DNA of 64,000 nucleotides from Polyangiales bacterium (GTDB lineage Bacteria; Myxococcota_A; Polyangia; Polyangiales; Houyiibacteriaceae): NCBI GenBank assembly GCA_045106895.1, contig JBGCFM010000025.1, positions 1 to 64,000 of the forward strand, read 5' to 3'. Shown piece by piece: positions 8,570 to 17,212 of this stretch (position 1 is its first letter; each line of letters starts with the position of its first letter). The notes under the pieces were generated by a model. It saw only the letters and a program-made list of their open reading frames with translations, ran no database searches and was not told where the DNA came from. The position numbers and the translations under genes were made by a program.

Positions 8570-8953
8570 CCGGTTTCCCCGATGGCGCGCTCCCTTGGCA
8601 GAGGGGGAGCTAGCGCTCCGTTTTGACTCCGCGCCGCGACTTCGCGCAAGGCGTCACTCGCGCGCCGCCACCACCCGCTCCACCGGGGCGCCAAGAGCGG
8701 TCTCCACGGGGAAGCACCAGCGCTCCGTCAGCAGCGTGCGAAAGAGCGTGACCTCGTCGTTCTGGTTCTGCCAGCTGCCGCGCCTGACTGCGTTGGTAGT
8801 AGAGCACCGTGTCGTCCGGCGTCGTCACAATGCTGCCCGTCGACTCGTGTCGCTGATCCCGCTTCTCGATGTGAAAGACATGGTCGGCGGGGTTCTGGCG
8901 AACGAGCGCCCAGCTGCGGCCGTTGTTGGGGAGGGGTCAACATGAAGTTGGAG

Positions 8954-9790
8954 TCATCGCACAAGGCCCTCGAGGCCACGCTCAAGAAGGGACTCCATGT
9001 CGGGCGGGGTTTCCGTGTCCCAAAGTCGGGGGCGCTGGTTCTCCCCGCACGTGTATCGCTGCGTGAAGCGACCGAGCCGTTCCTCGACGGTGGTGGAACA
9101 GTCGCCCGATTCTTCTTCGCTCGGATCGCCCATGGTGTGCCGAGCATGGCGAAGGAACCACCCGCAGCGTGTCTCTCCGGCGTCCGAACGACGGCACACG
9201 ATTTCCTTGGTCTGCTCAGTGCTCGAGGAATCGTCGCCGTACTCTCCTCCGGTGGCTTCTTGCGCCGAACGCGTCCGCAGGGTCCATCGCATTTCCTCTT
9301 CGTTCCCCAGCGGCTCGCCGACTTCATACTCAAGCGAGTAGCCCTCCCTCGGTTCCTCATGTGTGTGCTCGTACACCGCTCCGAGAAGCCGCCAACACGC
9401 CCCCATACGCACCGCCAAGCGAAGAGTCTCAGGCCCCGCATCTTGGAGTTCTTTGATGACCGCGATTTCGCTCTCCGAATTCCAAACGTAGAGGCTCTCC
9501 AAGCAAGCGCTTCCTTCCAGTCCTTCGACACACGAGAGGGCCCCCTCGCGCTCCGCTGGAACCACATCGCCGAGCGCGGCCGTCGTCAACACGTCCTGCG
9601 CAGACAAACATTGACCCTGCGGAACCGGCGACGGCGCATCGACTACCTGCGAATCAACCGCCTGCGAATCAACCACCTGCGAATCGTCATCACCGCTGGA
9701 TTCAACATCGCGGCTCGATTCGGCGGGAGGCGGGGATTGGGGCCGCGCGCAGGCGGCAACCGCTACGAGAATGGGCAAGAGTCGCAACAT
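8954..9790 (-). CDS. Hypothetical lipoprotein
   Basis: MLRLLPILVAVAAC lipobox, VVDSQ linker repeats, coding-like composition. Confidence 0.75.
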   Translation of the reverse strand: MLRLLPILVAVAACARPQSPPPAESSRDVESSGDDDSQVVDSQAVDSQVVDAPSPVPQGQCLSAQDVLTTAALGDVVPAEREGALSCVEGLEGSACLESLYVWNSESEIAVIKELQDAGPETLRLAVRMGACWRLLGAVYEHTHEEPREGYSLEYEVGEPLGNEEEMRWTLRTRSAQEATGGEYGDDSSSTEQTKEIVCRRSDAGETRCGWFLRHARHTMGDPSEEESGDCSTTVEERLGRFTQRYTCGENQRPRLWDTETPPDMESLLERGLEGLVR

Positions 9791-9914
9791 CGCCGTGAAG
9801 TAGCACGTAGGCCTTCAAACGGTCACCGCACTTCCCGAAGCGCAGACGTCAGAGCGCACTTCCCGTCGCGGCCGCTGCTTTCGAGAGCGAGCTGTTCGAT
9901 TGAGCGGTACTCGC

Positions 9915-11606
9915 CTAGCGCCGGCGTCGAAGGAAAGCGGCGACGCCGATCGCGACCAGAAAGCCAAACGCCGGAGGCCCATCCGTCGACCCAAGCGAAC
10001 ACGAGCATCCCTCGTCGACTTCGCTTTGTGGACCACCGTCACCGGTGACTGCGCCATCGGGAAGTCCACCATCCGCGCTGAGTCCGCCATCGAGCCCGCC
10101 GCCAAGACCTCCGTCAAAGCCGCCGTCCAGACCAAGCCCGCCATCAAGTCCCGGGCCGCCGTCGGTGGCGGGTCCCGCATCAGCGGCGTGGCTCTGTCCG
10201 CCACCGTTCAAATACTCCTCCAGCCAGGTGTATCCATTCGGAGAGATATCGTTGTGGTCTTCCCCCGCTGGAACGTTCGCGGCGAACCAAACTTCGGGAA
10301 TGTGCGGGTTGCTGACGTAGAAACCGGAGGGCCGTGTCTCACTTGGCAAGTCCGTCGCGAGCACCGGGTACTCAGAGCTACGAATCTGGGCGACGACTCG
10401 GTCTTCCTCGACGATCGCAACAAGCTCTTCATCGATGCTGTCGCGATAGAACTGCAGCGTGCCGTCGTCGGCCATGTAGCGAGAGGCGCCCACGTGAGGT
10501 AGCAGCGATTCCTTTACCTCTGAGGCTTGGAGGAGCGGAATCTCTCGGCCCACGAGAGGTAGCCTCTGGTCGACAAACCAAGATGCCTCGATGACATCTG
10601 CCGGGCTCCCCGAATACAGTCCAAACGCTGTTTCTGGTTGGACTGGAAAGCTCATGGGCCGTCTCTCTTCCGAGATGAAGTTGTCGTTCAGGTAGAGGCT
10701 CGGGTTCATACCGTCTTCGGAACGAATCTTGTGGAGGTTGCCGCTCCCGGCTTCGTTCTGATCGGTGTTGAGCCCTGAGACGTAGTTGTTGCCGATCATG
10801 TTGGTTGTGAAGTCTCGGTAGTAGAAGCTCGAGAGCCGACCACTCCAGTTGTAGATGTAGTTGTTGATGATGTCCGCGTGGTTTGAGCCGCCTAGGTTGG
10901 GCGTCCGATACCCAACTTGACTGCTCATATTTCGGAGGAACGAAAACTCATTATTGGAGGTGTCTCTCCCTCCGATCAATGCCATTTGGCTGCTTTCGCC
11001 GAACAATGAGTTTTGCACGGTGACGTTGCCACCATCGTCATCGACACCGGAACCCGAGTAGTTGGAGAACCCCTTGCTGCGTGCGAAGGCGAAAGAGCAG
11101 TGGTCGACCATCACACCGATTGAGTTCCGCGTCGCCAGGCAAGTTTCATTGCTGAGAGAACCCGTGAAACCGCCTATCGAGCAGTTTCGAAAACGAATGT
11201 TCTTCCAGATTTGGTTGTCCGTACTCGTCGGCCGTAGCGCGTGACCCCGGAGGGTAATGCCTCCATAGGGCGCCGAGTTTCCGTCGACGGTGAAATTGCC
11301 CGCAACGCCACCGATAGGACTCTCCAAGAAGATCGCGCCGCTTACATCAAAGACGATGTACCTAGGGCTTTCGTCACTCGTCAGGGCTTCTCGAAACGAG
11401 CCAGCACCCGAATCGTCAAGGTTCGTCACGTGCAAGACGGAGCCCCCGCGACCGCCAGTGACATACGCGCCCGCTCCATACGCGTCTGGGAAGGCCGGCT
11501 GTTGAGCCGCTGCGTGCTGAGTGAAGGACACCAGGACGAACACCGCGAAGTGGAGGGCGACGCGCTTCGCGCCCGCAGGATGAAAAGGAGTAGCTTTGCG
11601 GGACAT
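9915..11606 (-). CDS. Polysaccharide lyase family 1 (pectate lyase)-like beta-helix protein with MYXO-CTERM tail
   Basis: AFPDAYGAGAYVTGGRGG, VTNLDDSGAGSFREA, VDHCSF, YRTP and NGYTWLEEYLN, then a DGG linker and GCSC...TM...RRRR. Start moved to ATG 11606, which precedes the signal peptide. Confidence 0.85.
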   Translation of the reverse strand: MSRKATPFHPAGAKRVALHFAVFVLVSFTQHAAAQQPAFPDAYGAGAYVTGGRGGSVLHVTNLDDSGAGSFREALTSDESPRYIVFDVSGAIFLESPIGGVAGNFTVDGNSAPYGGITLRGHALRPTSTDNQIWKNIRFRNCSIGGFTGSLSNETCLATRNSIGVMVDHCSFAFARSKGFSNYSGSGVDDDGGNVTVQNSLFGESSQMALIGGRDTSNNEFSFLRNMSSQVGYRTPNLGGSNHADIINNYIYNWSGRLSSFYYRDFTTNMIGNNYVSGLNTDQNEAGSGNLHKIRSEDGMNPSLYLNDNFISEERRPMSFPVQPETAFGLYSGSPADVIEASWFVDQRLPLVGREIPLLQASEVKESLLPHVGASRYMADDGTLQFYRDSIDEELVAIVEEDRVVAQIRSSEYPVLATDLPSETRPSGFYVSNPHIPEVWFAANVPAGEDHNDISPNGYTWLEEYLNGGGQSHAADAGPATDGGPGLDGGLGLDGGFDGGLGGGLDGGLSADGGLPDGAVTGDGGPQSEVDEGCSCSLGSTDGPPAFGFLVAIGVAAFLRRRR

Positions 11607-11756
11607 GGTGGTACCTGAAATCGTGATGCACGGAGCGTATCCCGATGGGCATGTATCTGACCTGACGCCGATTGCGCCGGTACGTGGAGCGATTCGGCTC
11701 GAGCAGTCGAGGGCGGAAAACGGCCGCGCTTGGGCAGACTTGGACAAGTGCCGATC

Positions 11757-12896
11757 TCAGTCGTAGCGCGAAGGACCCGCAGCGTTCGTAATCGGAACCT
11801 CCGCGCTGCCGTCTCTTGGCGCCAAAAGCTCCACCAGCTCGATGCGGTCAAGTCCGCGGCGAACGTCGTTGCCGCCGCGCACGCCAGCGCGGTTCCAGGT
11901 GCGCTGCTCAAGGTGTCGTGCGCCGTTGGTCCGCGCTTCCCAGCCGTCGAAGACAACTTGCTCGACCTCGCCGGCGTCGTCGTACTGAATCGAGTGAACA
12001 CGCTCCACGACGGCCATATGGCCCGCGTGTCCATCGCGTCCGCTGCCCGTGAGCATCAGGCCGCGCTCTCCAGATTCGAGGCCGGCGTCGATGGCCTCGG
12101 CGCTCTCGCCGGTGACGACGCGGCCCCAGTCTTGTCGCAGTCTTCCGGTGGCTGCGTCGGCGGTGACGGCGTCCGGCGCCGGGTAGCCCCAGCCGTGGGC
12201 GCGGCCTTGAAGCGGCGTCTGAAAACCGGCGCGTCGCACGAGCTCGAAGGCGAAGAGGTTGCACTTGTACTCGCCGTCGAATCCGGCGGCGTCATCCACG
12301 TTGAAGGCGGAACGGGTTCCATCTGCGCGCTGGGTTTCGAACTCGCTGGACAGCTCTTCTCGCGTGAGTCGGCCGGCCCGCGCAAAACGCTGTGGGCTCT
12401 CGCCGCTCAGAAGCTCGCGCGCCGCGCTCTGGAGCCTGCCCGTCGCGCCGGGGACGCGCCGCCCGGTGAGTGGTCCTAGCTCAAGCGGCGCTCGTCTTGC
12501 CGTGGCGCTCGCCGCGCCGCTTGCTTGTCCAAGTCCGTTCTGTCGCGCCGCGCCGAGGCCATACGCTTCGCCGCCCATGGCGCGGTCGAGGACCTGCCGA
12601 ATGCCGATGCCGCCGGCCTCCGTCATCTGCGTGGCGATGGCTTCGTCCATGAAGTGCATGTAGGTATCCGCGCCTGCGGAACCGCCACCGAAGCCGGCGC
12701 CGGAGACGGTCTTTCGCATCGTCTGCCAAAGCTGCTGAACGAGGAGCGATTCAAACTGCTGCGCCGCGTCCGCGCTCTCCGGCGTCCTTGCGTTGCCCGT
12801 GCTGCCGCGCATCGCCGCGGACTCGTTCGGACGAGGCGATTCGGCGAGCACGGTCGCTGCTGCCGCTGCTCCTCCGCTCTCGCCGATCACGCTCAT
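11757..12896 (-). CDS. flgJ: FlgJ-like rod-binding protein fused to a putative Cys-His (CHAP/NlpC-P60-like) domain
   Basis: AAQQFESLLVQQLWQTMRKTV...MDEAIA..M...GGIGI rod-binding motif, directly after flgI with a 4-bp overlap. C-terminal YKCNLF and GHMAVV. Confidence 0.8.
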   Translation of the reverse strand: MSVIGESGGAAAAATVLAESPRPNESAAMRGSTGNARTPESADAAQQFESLLVQQLWQTMRKTVSGAGFGGGSAGADTYMHFMDEAIATQMTEAGGIGIRQVLDRAMGGEAYGLGAARQNGLGQASGAASATARRAPLELGPLTGRRVPGATGRLQSAARELLSGESPQRFARAGRLTREELSSEFETQRADGTRSAFNVDDAAGFDGEYKCNLFAFELVRRAGFQTPLQGRAHGWGYPAPDAVTADAATGRLRQDWGRVVTGESAEAIDAGLESGERGLMLTGSGRDGHAGHMAVVERVHSIQYDDAGEVEQVVFDGWEARTNGARHLEQRTWNRAGVRGGNDVRRGLDRIELVELLAPRDGSAEVPITNAAGPSRYD

Positions 12897-14008
12897 TGAA
12901 CTTCGATGTCCGCTCGCAGAGCGCCGGCGGAATGCAGCGCTTGAAAGATAGCGATGAGATCGCGTGGCGAGGCACCAAGGGCGTTGAGCGCGGCGACGAC
13001 GTCCGCCAAATCTGCCGTTGGCGCGACGTGGGCCATGCTGCCTCCGCCGGCTTCGGCGCGCACTTCGGTCTCCGGGGTGACGGCGGTCTCGCCTTCGGCG
13101 AAGGCTTCGGGCTGCGTGACGTTCACACGTTCGCTCACTTCGATGGTGAGCCCACCTTGGGCGATGGCGACCTCGCTTATCTCGACGCCGGCGCCGAGGA
13201 CGATGGTGCCCGTTCGTTCATCGATGACCACGCGACTCGGCGCGCTCGCTTGCACGTTGAGGGCTTGCAGGTGCGCGACGAAGCCGACGCGGTTGTCGCG
13301 ATAGGCATCGGGCACGCGCACGCGGACGGTGCCGCCGTCTTGGGCCGAAGCCATGTTCTCGCCGAGATCCGCTTCGATGACCGTGGCGATGCGGGAAGCG
13401 TTGGTAAAGCTGGGCGTGCGCAGGCTCAGGAAGATGAAGCGGCCGTCGAGGCCATCCATCGGAACGGGGCGCTCCACGATGGCGCCGCGGGGAACGCGGC
13501 CCGCCGTGACATGGTTGTAGGAGACGCTTGAGCCGGACGCGCCGCCGGCGCTAAAGCCGCCGATGACGACGGAACCCTGGGCGACGGCGTAGACTTCCCG
13601 GTCCGCTCCGTGAAGCGGGGTTTGAAGCAAGGTGCCGCCGAGGAGGCTCCCGGCGTTGCCAAGAGAGGAGACTGTGATGTCCAGGTGCGTGCCTGGATTC
13701 GCGTGGGGCGGCAGCGTCGCCGTGATCATGACTGCGGCGGCGTTCTTGGTTTGAATCATGCCCGGGTCGATGGTGGCGCCGAGGCGGCGCAGCATTGCAG
13801 CCGTGCTTTGAAGTGTGAAGCGCGCCTGGCCGCTGTCGCCGGTACCGGCGAGTCCGACGACAAGTCCGTAGCCGATGAGCTGATTGTCACGAACGCCTCG
13901 GATGTCGACGAGGTCTTCCACGCGGGAAGCATCGGCGACGCCGGCGAAGACCGTCGCGAAGAGCAGAGTGCAGGACAGCGCAAAAGCGATGAGCGAGAGA
14001 CGACGCAT
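12893..14008 (-). CDS. flgI: Flagellar P-ring protein
   Basis: GVRDNQLIGYGLVVGLAGTGD, KNAAAVMITATLPP, VVIDERTGTIV and DLIAIFQAL..AGAL. Confidence 0.98.
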   Translation of the reverse strand: MRRLSLIAFALSCTLLFATVFAGVADASRVEDLVDIRGVRDNQLIGYGLVVGLAGTGDSGQARFTLQSTAAMLRRLGATIDPGMIQTKNAAAVMITATLPPHANPGTHLDITVSSLGNAGSLLGGTLLQTPLHGADREVYAVAQGSVVIGGFSAGGASGSSVSYNHVTAGRVPRGAIVERPVPMDGLDGRFIFLSLRTPSFTNASRIATVIEADLGENMASAQDGGTVRVRVPDAYRDNRVGFVAHLQALNVQASAPSRVVIDERTGTIVLGAGVEISEVAIAQGGLTIEVSERVNVTQPEAFAEGETAVTPETEVRAEAGGGSMAHVAPTADLADVVAALNALGASPRDLIAIFQALHSAGALRADIEVQ

Positions 14009-14718
14009 CAGAAGGGCCTTACCTGAGAGATGATCCGGCTGAGCCAGCCTTGGCGCTGGTTGTCCGTGAGCGCGCCGCGGCCGGAGAACTCCACTTCGGC
14101 GTCGGCGACGAGACTCGAGCGCACGGAGTTGTCCTGCTCGATGTCCTGCGGACGGATGACGCCGGAGATGTACACGTGCAGCTCTTCTTCGTTGACGAGG
14201 ATGACCTTGGTGCCTTCGATGAAGAGGTCGCCGTTGGGCAGCTCGCGCTTCACGCGCACAGCGACGGTGCCGCGGATCTGGCTATTGCGCTGCGTCTGCC
14301 CCTGACCACTGAAGTTGTACTCGCTCATCACGCCGAGGAGCTGAGAAGGGTCGAGACCGGGGTGCGCAGAAGCGAGGGCGCCCATGAAGCCCAGCATATT
14401 CGGCATGCCAAAGGAGTGCTCCGCTTCGCGGTCCATCGACGTGCTCGCGTTGCCATTGGCGGCGACGGACTCGTCGATGCGAATGGTGACAAGGTCGCCG
14501 ACGCGGCTCGCGCGGAAGTCCGCAAAGAGCCCGCGGCTCGACTCGAGCCAGAGCGACCCGCTGGAGACCGGCGTCGGTTCGCGCTCGTATTCTCCAACCT
14601 CGTACTCGCGCTCGCGCGCCGTGTGCGGCGAGATATGCGTCGGCCCACAGGCGACGAGGAGTATTGGCGCCAGGAGGGCCGCGAGAGTGAGCGCGCTCGT
14701 TATGGCAGCTCGTTTCAT
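14008..14718 (-). CDS. flgH: Flagellar L-ring lipoprotein
   Basis: Lipobox LVAC, GSLW, LFADFRASRVGDLVTIRI, LPNGDLFIEGTK, GVIRPQDI and GWLSR. Confidence 0.97.
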   Translation of the reverse strand: MKRAAITSALTLAALLAPILLVACGPTHISPHTAREREYEVGEYEREPTPVSSGSLWLESSRGLFADFRASRVGDLVTIRIDESVAANGNASTSMDREAEHSFGMPNMLGFMGALASAHPGLDPSQLLGVMSEYNFSGQGQTQRNSQIRGTVAVRVKRELPNGDLFIEGTKVILVNEEELHVYISGVIRPQDIEQDNSVRSSLVADAEVEFSGRGALTDNQRQGWLSRIISQVRPF

Positions 14719-15446
14719 CGGACGACCTCCACGCTGCGCTCGTCGATGATTCGGCCACGCAGCGCGCGTCTCGTCGTGGTGTTTCGCACGCGGATCACGT
14801 CTCCAATGCGGCCGCTTTGCGTGGCCTCGCCGGGGGCGCTCGCCGAGACGTTGCCGAAGCGCGCGAGGATGCGAATCGTCGCTCCCGCCTGCACGACGGG
14901 GGGCGGGCAGGTGACGCGCGCCGAGAAAGGCAGGCGACGCTCGACGCCGCGCGCCTGCATGATGACGACGCCGGAGGTTCGCCCGCTTCGGTTCGGCGCT
15001 CGTGCATCCACGCGCAGCTCAAGTCGGCCCGAGGGCAAGGAGACTGAACGTGGGAGCCGGACATCATGGGCGCGACACGGCGCAAGGGACGCTTCGATAG
15101 GCGGGAGCGCTCGCTGTCGTAGCGCGTCGCCTTCGAGGTCGTTCGCCGCGCGCCGCACGTTTGTGCTTCGCGGGATCGCAAGTCCCGCCGTCGACATGCC
15201 TGCGCGGCGCATCGCTCGAAGCACTTCGCTTCGGCGTACCCGACGAACCTGGCCAGGCTCCGGCGCTGGAGCGACGATGAGCTCGCCGGCGGGAGTGTCC
15301 GCGAGCACCGGGATGATCTCCGCAAGCGTCACTCCGTCTGGCTCCTCCTGCGCGAGGGTGACGCCGCTCGGAGCGAGCAAGAGCGCCGCGAGGAGAAGCG
15401 CGGGCAGTGAAAGCGAAGGTGAAGAAGGTTGAGCGGGAAGCGCCAT
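14715..15446 (-). CDS. flgA: Flagellar P-ring assembly chaperone
   Basis: C-terminal VQAG..I.I...G...SAPGEATQSGRIGDVIRVRN, located upstream of flgH. Start moved to ATG 15446, which precedes a signal peptide and follows a sigma54 motif. Confidence 0.9.
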   Translation of the reverse strand: MALPAQPSSPSLSLPALLLAALLLAPSGVTLAQEEPDGVTLAEIIPVLADTPAGELIVAPAPEPGQVRRVRRSEVLRAMRRAGMSTAGLAIPRSTNVRRAANDLEGDALRQRALPPIEASLAPCRAHDVRLPRSVSLPSGRLELRVDARAPNRSGRTSGVVIMQARGVERRLPFSARVTCPPPVVQAGATIRILARFGNVSASAPGEATQSGRIGDVIRVRNTTTRRALRGRIIDERSVEVVR

Positions 15447-15457
15447 GCCTTTGCTAG

Positions 15458-15473
15458 AGCACAGGTTGTGCCA
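15458..15473 (-). promoter_or_regulatory. Sigma54 (-24/-12) promoter for flgA-flgH-flgI-flgJ
   Basis: Minus strand TGGCACAACCTGTGCT with exact GG-N10-GC spacing. Predicted +1 is about 15447, next to the ATG at 15446. Confidence 0.75.
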
Positions 15474-15562
15474 GGGCCTTTCTTGCGGACTCGTCGGCTT
15501 TTGAGTTCGCGGAGCTGGCGGATCGTCAAAGTCGTGTCGCTGACGAGGGTCGTTTCTGGCGC

Positions 15563-16030
15563 TCATGTGTCTTCTCCTGCGTCGACGGGAGCGGCATCAC
15601 CTGCGTCTCCTGCGTCACCTGCGTCCCCGGCAACTCCGGCGTCTCCGGCGACTCCGGCGTCTCCGGCATCTATGCCCGCGTCGTCTATGCCCGCGTCGTC
15701 TGTGCTTCCGTCCATCAATGGAACGTCCAGGGCGATGACGTCGCTTAGGTGCTCCGCGTCGGGGATTCGCGGGACGCTCGCATCGGAGATGCTCGAGTCG
15801 TTCATATCGGCGTCCATGACATCGACGGCGTCGGCGACATCGGCAACATCGGCGCCGGCATCCGTGACGCCTTCGTCCGGCGAGTCACCATCGGGGACGT
15901 CACCGTCGAGGGCGGGCATGATGCACGCGCCGAGCTGGCAGACTAGCTGGTTCGGGCAATCACTGTGGCGGATGCATGGCTCGGCGCAGCCAAGGGCGCC
16001 CACCAACAAGACAAGGAGGACGAGTCTCAT
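15563..16030 (-). CDS. Small lipoprotein with Cys motif and Asp/Ala/Gly-rich tail
   Basis: Lipobox ALGC, CIRHSDCP..VCQLGAC, DAG repeats. Confidence 0.8.
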   Translation of the reverse strand: MRLVLLVLLVGALGCAEPCIRHSDCPNQLVCQLGACIMPALDGDVPDGDSPDEGVTDAGADVADVADAVDVMDADMNDSSISDASVPRIPDAEHLSDVIALDVPLMDGSTDDAGIDDAGIDAGDAGVAGDAGVAGDAGDAGDAGDAAPVDAGEDT

Positions 16031-16557
16031 GGCGTCATCCCGAGTTCAAAGCCGATGCCAGCGTTGAGGGAGACGATGGCTTGCCCGTCCGGGAGGTCAC
16101 TGCCCCAGAAATACGCGTCCGCGACGATGGTGATCAGAACATTGGTTTGGCCGTGAAGTTGAAACGCCACCGCCGCGCCGACCTCCGCGCCGAGAAGAGA
16201 GAAGGGCGCGAAGAAGAAAGGTACGCCGATGAAGGGGCGAATCTCCACGCTTCCAAGCGACTGCAGAAGCTCCGCTCGCGGGACGATTCCAACGCTTGCG
16301 CGACCTTGGACTTCGATGCGCAGCGCCGCGCCGACGATGGGGTTTCGCAGGTGCTTGCCTTCGCTCACCCACGTTCGAAACGCGAGGTCGAGGTGCGTTG
16401 GGGAGTTGCGTATGATGGCCTGCCCGCCCCCAGTGCCAAAGGAGAGGCCGCTTCCCGCGAGGAGCGAGACGCTGATGTTGCGTGTCTGCGCTTCCGCTGT
16501 GGATGTGCAGAAGAGCCCCAGAGCGACGACGAAGCAGAGAGCTAGGCGCGATTGCAT
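16027..16557 (-). CDS. Putative small outer-membrane beta-barrel protein
   Basis: Signal peptide ending AEA, alternating amphipathic beta strands, C-terminal LNAGIGFEL. Confidence 0.65.
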   Translation of the reverse strand: MQSRLALCFVVALGLFCTSTAEAQTRNISVSLLAGSGLSFGTGGGQAIIRNSPTHLDLAFRTWVSEGKHLRNPIVGAALRIEVQGRASVGIVPRAELLQSLGSVEIRPFIGVPFFFAPFSLLGAEVGAAVAFQLHGQTNVLITIVADAYFWGSDLPDGQAIVSLNAGIGFELGMTP

Positions 16558-16559
16558 CG

Positions 16560-16710
16560 CCAAGCTCCGCGGCCGGGGTTCGGCGCCGCGCGCAGAGCCT
16601 CTTGATGTGAATCGCGGAGCCTGAGCGTGCGGTCTTCAGGAGGAGGAGGGGGAGCACCCTCTCCGGAGGGACTCGGGTTGTTTGAGCGGGACTCGCTTGG
16701 GGCCAACATG
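16560..16710 (-). ncRNA. Candidate sigma54-dependent small RNA or structured leader with a CU-rich tract
   Basis: Directly downstream of a near-consensus sigma54 motif. Contains CUCCCCCUCCUCCUCCU and a closing 8-bp GC stem (16564-16571 with 16613-16620). Confidence 0.45.
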
Positions 16711-16721
16711 CTCGGGACTAG

Positions 16722-16737
16722 AGCAACGTTCGTGCCT
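16722..16737 (-). promoter_or_regulatory. Sigma54 promoter
   Basis: Minus strand AGGCACGAACGTTGCT against consensus TGGCACG-N4-TTGCW. Confidence 0.8.
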
Positions 16738-17212
16738 GCCTTTCGCGGCGGCAATTCCCTTGGAGAAAGCGTTCAAGCCCCTCTCTGAGCGTCAGGGCTT
16801 AGGCGCTGATCGCGGGAACTTTGACGCTTCCGAGTGACCGACATTCGTCTCATCATCTGGGCGCCGCGGCGTCTTGCGTGGAGGAAAAACACCAGACCAT
16901 GAATACGTATCTTGTGACCGCTTTGTCGTGCGGAAGAGAACCTCCTCTAGGAGGCCTGGCTGATGCCGACCCAACGCTCCACGGACCCCAGCATCAGCAG
17001 ATCGAATGCGCACGAGTGTGCCGAATCGCCTCTATCTCGGTTCGACTCTAGCGTTCTGAAACCGTGGAGATTTTTCGAATGTTACAGCAGCTTTCCCGTG
17101 ACGAAAATCCGTCAGATCAGACCTGCATCATCAACGACGACGGAAGGAGACAACGTAAATTGTAAACATTACATGCGCTTAGGCGTGTGTCGGGATACCG
17201 ACAGGGGGCAGA

